Positions 59,021-64,000 of a stretch of DNA of 64,000 nucleotides are shown one piece after another (position 1 is the first letter of the stretch; every line of letters begins with the position of its first letter). Origin of the DNA: Setoptus koraiensis (taxonomy: Eukaryota; Animalia; Arthropoda); the NCBI GenBank assembly GCA_048013815.1, contig CM106585.1, forward strand, positions 12,152,001 through 12,216,000, in the 5' to 3' direction. Made by a program: the position numbers and the translations under genes. Under the pieces are notes generated by a model that was given only the letters and a program-made list of their open reading frames with translations, was not told the DNA's origin and did not search any database.

Positions 59021-59456
59021 TTTGTCGACCTGTTAAGTAGTTGTTATTTGGAAAAACACGTCAGATGATTTCGTAGTGCGGTGTTAACTCTAATGGATAT
59101 CCCAATTGTTTATTTTTCTAATTAAATTATTACTTTTTTCTGACAGAATAACTGGAACGAGGGTCACTTCTACCGTCAATCTACCAATAAGTGCGAGTAA
59201 AAGTAAAAGGGTGGAAAGATTTTTGTTGTTTGCGTTGATCAGCTGGAGCTGTTGCACATGTCGTTTCTGCGAAATGATCGAGCCACCATGTGATCAAGCC
59301 ATGCATACGCATGCAGCATTTGCAAACCAGCAAAAGAATTAATACGATTGTGTCCTCGTATCGCATTCTTCGCCCGCTACGCGTTATAATTTGGAGCAGT
59401 GAGATCTATATTTATTTGTATCACAAGATTATCAAGCGAGACCAACACAATCTACA
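59021..59456. promoter_or_regulatory. Probable bidirectional promoter region between EXOC1 and MRPL37
   Basis: Divergent start codons 436 bp apart; inferred from geometry only. Confidence 0.5.
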
Positions 59457-60779
59457 ATGAAATTGACAGTAGCTTTGTGCAGTCCGCCAAAGTTTCACTT
59501 CTGGAAAGATTTTGGCGCTGGCTTAAGGAGGAGGAGATACCCATTTCACAAATATTGGAATAATCAGTGGAAGAAATCGATTCTCAATGCGAAGATCAGA
59601 GATGAAAGGCTACGGCCAGATCAGCTACCAGAAAATGCTAAAATTGTCAGAGCTGAGGATCTTGTAAATATAGAATTACCAGAAGTATCCAATGCGGGAA
59701 TCTACAATCACCCTTGGCCCTACAGTATTGAAGAGGATATGACTGAGAAAAGGCCCAAAGTGTATGCTTACAATTATACTACAAGATTCTACAGGCCAGA
59801 ACAGGATGCTTTGTCTCTGACAAATACACTGATGGAACAATCTCTGAACGTTCCCTGCAATCCCCAATTGGATCTACTGGCTCATGAGCTAGAGACTGTG
59901 AATAAACGGTATATGTGGGCAATAAAAGAAGACACATCGTTGTTCAGACTGCCAAGATCAAGAGAATTCCCTCGTATTGATCAAAGGCCTATGGCGAAGT
60001 TCGGCATACCTAATCATAGGGCCGAGTTGAATGTTCTATCAACTTTAGACGATTTTGTTGGAACACTGGTTGCTCAACGATGTCACAAAATTGACGCAGA
60101 TCTCGACAACTTGATAAGCCGCAGGAACATCTCCTATCCTAATTGTGTTGTTCCTTTAGAACGCGATGGTAGTAGTATAAGTTTGTGTTTGAGCAATGAT
60201 CTTGTTTCGTTGTCCAACTCACCATTACCAATCATGAATCGAACACCAGAAGTCACTTTAGAGAGGCCCTTAGTTTCAATCCATCCTAGATCATGGAGGA
60301 GTGTATTGGACGAAACCAGCCAATATTATGATAATTATGCTTTTCGTTTACCCGTTGACAGTCACATCCACACTCTGATGCTCACGACCAGGAGATTGAG
60401 AAATTTGCAAGAATTTGAGAGTTTTGCTCAGTCACTCATGCACGCTTATGGAATGACAACACAAATGGCTAGGTTATACGCGAACGCTGGTCCATTTTCC
60501 AGAGGAAGTGTGCGCAGACAATTGTCTAGCGAAATCAACAATTTAGACCAGTTGGAGAAGCCAATTTGTTTGCAAACAATTGTGTACGATGTGAAAACGG
60601 AGTCATTTCATTTTACAAGATTTCAATTGAATTCTATCAAATTAGAGTCCAACATCAAAAACCAGGCTTGGTACTCTGGACCCATAACGAATTTCGAGGA
60701 GGTTATAAAGTTTTGGGTTGATTTTCACGCCTACGGTTTGGCTAGATCCCAATCTGTCGGTATGTCAGTGTCTCAATGA
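59457..60779 (+). CDS. MRPL37: Mitochondrial ribosomal protein mL37, intronless, 440 aa
   Basis: Basic N-terminal presequence-like region; KFGIPNHR, HIHTL, SLMHAYG, KPICLQTI..FHFTRFQLN..IKNQAW match the mL37/mS30 family pattern. Confidence 0.75.
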   Translation: MKLTVALCSPPKFHFWKDFGAGLRRRRYPFHKYWNNQWKKSILNAKIRDERLRPDQLPENAKIVRAEDLVNIELPEVSNAGIYNHPWPYSIEEDMTEKRPKVYAYNYTTRFYRPEQDALSLTNTLMEQSLNVPCNPQLDLLAHELETVNKRYMWAIKEDTSLFRLPRSREFPRIDQRPMAKFGIPNHRAELNVLSTLDDFVGTLVAQRCHKIDADLDNLISRRNISYPNCVVPLERDGSSISLCLSNDLVSLSNSPLPIMNRTPEVTLERPLVSIHPRSWRSVLDETSQYYDNYAFRLPVDSHIHTLMLTTRRLRNLQEFESFAQSLMHAYGMTTQMARLYANAGPFSRGSVRRQLSSEINNLDQLEKPICLQTIVYDVKTESFHFTRFQLNSIKLESNIKNQAWYSGPITNFEEVIKFWVDFHAYGLARSQSVGMSVSQ

Positions 60780-62263
60780 TTAGTTGAATAAAAACAACTA
60801 TGTTGCAACTATGTAACAACCATGTAACAACAATGCATCAACATTGGCCATCCCATATCGAGTGTTTGATTTGACTACAAGACCTTGATACATATCCTAT
60901 AAAAGAATGCAAGTGATCCAAGCGACAGTATGCTGGTGGTGATATCAAGACTTGTAGCACATTTGTTGTTAAAGTTGTTGTATGTGTGTTTGTATGTGAG
61001 CTTCAGGGCAAGACAGACACGCACCTTATAAAATGCCTGCAGTTTCAGGTCGCTTACCGCACTGTAACTGTTCGCTGTTGTTGCTTGATTGACAAACTGG
61101 CTCGCTGGTAGTAGTAGTAGTAGTGGTGGTGGTGGTGGTGGTGGTGAGTTACCATGGCAGTACCATGATAGTGAAGTCAGCTAGCTTACTGGCTCTAGTG
61201 GCCAAATGTTGAATGGAATAGTAAGACAACAACAACAACAACACCAACACCAACAACGAAAGAAGCGGCGACGACAACTCAGCTTCTGGGTGTAACAACT
61301 CTTGTGTCTGGCTGCGAGCTGCGCCGTTCTGTGCCGAGACATACTTTGCTTTTTGAAATTAGGAAGCTAGGCAAAAGCGAGAGAGTCGTCAATGGTGGCG
61401 ACTAGTAGTGCGGGCTTGCGCACCGGCAAAGGCAGGTTCTTTGGCATGCTAGAAAGCGGTTGGGCATACCCACATGCCATGGATACTGCCTATACTGTGT
61501 GTAGAGTATAGGCGAATGTGATTGCGGTATTGCAGGATTGTCGGATATTTATCCGGTTGGCGGCCGTATTGGAATGTGAGTGTGTGTGTGTGTGTGTGTG
61601 CGTTGAGAAAGGTTGGGGGTGGGGGTGGCATGCCTAGCTGGGCAGACTGGCTGCTGGTGCCGGTGGTGACCGTATGGTGTGCATATCAAAGATGATAGCG
61701 AGCGCAAGATGTTCATCGGGCACAGAAAAGCAGCGTTATATTGGCGGCAGCGGCAGCAGCAGCAGTATGTCTGACAGGAGGAGGGGTGGCGGCATTAGCG
61801 GTAGCTAAATGAGTCGTAGGATTAAGTGACGAAGGGTTCTAGCTGCGCATTGGTGTCCCTGAGCGAGGGCAAAAAGACACTGCTGTGCTGAGGGCACAGC
61901 GTCATCTGGATGAAGTGTTGTTGTTGTTGTTGTTATTTGTACCTGTACCTTTGGCTTATACAACTAGAGTACACAAACGACAACAACAACGGCAACAACA
62001 ACAGCAACGGCAACAACAACAACAAGAGGTAGGTTTACGCAGATAGACTGTATTCAATGCAGGGAGAGGGAGAGAGAGAGAGCGAGCGAGCGACAGAGAA
62101 AGAGAGAAGGGAAAGGGAGAAAGAGAGAAGGGGAAAGGAGCAATACGCTGCTTGGATGTGATTGGCAGCGCATGCAACATTTACTGCGCGATATCAACAT
62201 TTTGACTGAATGAATGCCTTCGACTTTGCCTGATGTCCGTTTAAGTTTGCCTGTGTGTGCATG

Positions 62264-62288
62264 TGTGTGTGTGTGTGTGTGTGTGTGA

Positions 62289-62353
<65 letters not shown>

Positions 62354-62401
62354 GCTAGCATATAGTGCACACAAGTGAGTGAGTGTGTGTGTGTGTGTGT
62401 G
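62264..62401. repeat. Interrupted (GT)n microsatellite, about 140 bp, upstream of ELL
   Basis: Direct reading. Confidence 0.95.
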
Positions 62402-63015
62402 TATATTAAATGAAGATAATGCAATAATTATTATGATGATAAAAAAAAATTGATTCGTGTCCTCGATTTGTTCCTTCATTATTAGTTCGTTACGTTCTAT
62501 ATCTATAGATCCACAACAAAACACACACAAATAGACAAACGGACACACATTTATTGAAAGCACACACACACACACAGACAAACATTTATTGTATACACAT
62601 TTAGTGGTGTAGATTCGTAGTAGTAGTAGTGGTAGTAGAGTATTTATTGTACAACCTTACATACATTAATAATATACATATACATTGAGAGTTAGACAGA
62701 CGGGCAGCCAGCCAGCCAACAGGCGGACAGACTCACCGAGCAAGCAATTGGATGAAAGGAAGGAACCTACTACCTAAACGATACCAAATACAGACCAATC
62801 AATTGTTCGATACACACCAATATTCACGCAAAACGTCGCCGCCATCGTCGCATTCGACGCTGTCGAATTGGACCCATCCCCCACTTACGAGCCCAATAGA
62901 ACGGAACCCAACCGAAACCACAAATCACTCAATTGAACCCATAGGACTGAACCCAATTAAAATATAAATTCATATATATACATCATTGTTACTATTAAGG
63001 TATTTTTATGCTACT

Positions 63016-64000
63016 ATGTTGTCAGCAGCTACCTCTCCTTTGACGCCATCGCCACGCTCATCTACATTAATTAAAAATTACGATGAAAACAAGACTTACA
63101 TATTGGTCAGATTGAGCGAATCATTCTCAAACACTATTCAGGAATATCATCAACACAACAACAATAATCATAGTAATAATAATAATAATTTAAGGAACCA
63201 CCATCATCATCATAACAATCACAATAATATTAGCAACAACAATCATAGTCACAACAACAACAACCATCATCATAATAATAATAACAATCATCACTCATCC
63301 TCTTCCTCCTCGTCCTCATCATCGTCATCCTCATCATCAAGCTCCTCTCTTACAACATCAAAACAATTAACTAATAATAACAACACAACTAACACATCAT
63401 CGCCAACTATTCAATTTAATGGATCCAAAGGGTCAATTATATTCCCCAATGGCAAAAGTTACGAGTTTAGTCTCGATTCTGATGGAACACTGGATATTGA
63501 ATGCATTAAACAAACACATAACTCGTGGGAGACTATAGGAAAGATGGCCTGCTGTTTGCAGGTCAAAGGAAAAGATGATGTCTATAATATAACTAGACAA
63601 AAGATGGCCGTTGCTGAAAAGGAGAGACGAAAATATTGTACTAAGTTCATTGGTGATAATGAGAGTCCTGATGGTGGTAGTAGGGCTGTTAAACGTGCAA
63701 AAATTGACACTTCTAGCAATGCAACAACAGCCCCTGCCCTAACACCAACAAACAATCATATTAATATGATAACTACGGCTACCGCTACTACTAATAATAA
63801 TAACAACAACAACAACAACAACAACAACAATCATACTAGTAGTAAGAAAAAGATCACCCATCATGCCAACAATTCAAGCAACACAGCCAGCATCAATAAC
63901 CATCATAATCACCACCACAGCCACCAACATAACAACAGCAATCACAACCATCACAATCATCATGCCATTAGCAACAACAACAATCAAAATCATAATAATA
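63016..64000 (+). CDS. ELL: RNA polymerase II elongation factor ELL, 5' part (runs off the window end)
   Basis: Hand translation from the ATG at 63016 stays open to 64000 (missing from the track). ELL N-terminal domain: KTYILVRLSES..PTIQFNGSKGSIIFP..ECIKQT..LQVKGKDDVYNITRQKMAVAEKERRKYCTKFI. Confidence 0.8.
   Translation, partial: MLSAATSPLTPSPRSSTLIKNYDENKTYILVRLSESFSNTIQEYHQHNNNNHSNNNNNLRNHHHHHNNHNNISNNNHSHNNNNHHHNNNNNHHSSSSSSSSSSSSSSSSSSLTTSKQLTNNNNTTNTSSPTIQFNGSKGSIIFPNGKSYEFSLDSDGTLDIECIKQTHNSWETIGKMACCLQVKGKDDVYNITRQKMAVAEKERRKYCTKFIGDNESPDGGSRAVKRAKIDTSSNATTAPALTPTNNHINMITTATATTNNNNNNNNNNNNNHTSSKKKITHHANNSSNTASINNHHNHHHSHQHNNSNHNHHNHHAISNNNNQNHNN

Noticed and set aside
499-63000. Numerous 60-150 aa track ORFs antisense to or overlapping real genes or microsatellites (HTHTHT, CVCVCV, YIYIYI)
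   Set aside because: They are shadow ORFs or repeat translations with no independent evidence.

Overview
Eukaryotic (animal) genomic DNA that is gene-dense and intron-poor, with microsatellite-rich non-coding blocks. The extreme intron loss in conserved housekeeping genes suggests a streamlined arthropod such as an eriophyoid mite; this is an inference, not a database result. I can support 18 protein-coding genes in order: an RNF8-like RING ligase (partial, -), ribophorin I (-), WDR6 (+), a 3-exon CRAL-TRIO protein (+), 4-exon complexin with a CaaX box (-), 4-exon synaptotagmin-1 (-), small Maf (+), an ARID4-like protein (-), SEC11 (+), G-alpha-q (-), WTAP/Fl(2)d (+), ATG5 (-), LSD1/KDM1A (+), a 3-exon ABCG transporter (-), RPLP1 (+), TFIIE-alpha (-), EXOC1/Sec3 (-) and MRPL37 (+). 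A 19th, ELL (partial, +), runs off the end of the window. The RING gene and ELL are absent from the ORF track, and complexin appears there only as a fragment; I assembled these three and all exon structures by hand. I recognised no tRNA, rRNA, CRISPR array or intact transposon. The most notable observations are: (1) Syt1 and complexin lie head-to-tail, with a duplicated two-block non-coding motif between them whose substitutions preserve a hairpin only on their strand; (2) whole domains appear to be lost repeatedly (ARID4 without ARID, EXOC1 without PH, RNF8-like without FHA, ribophorin I without its cytosolic tail); (3) many 3' splice sites are A/C-rich and lack U-rich tracts; (4) the small Maf gene probably lies antisense within the ARID4 3' UTR; (5) the LSD1 substrate cavity is diverged. 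Homology calls come from remembered motifs and need confirmation by search.
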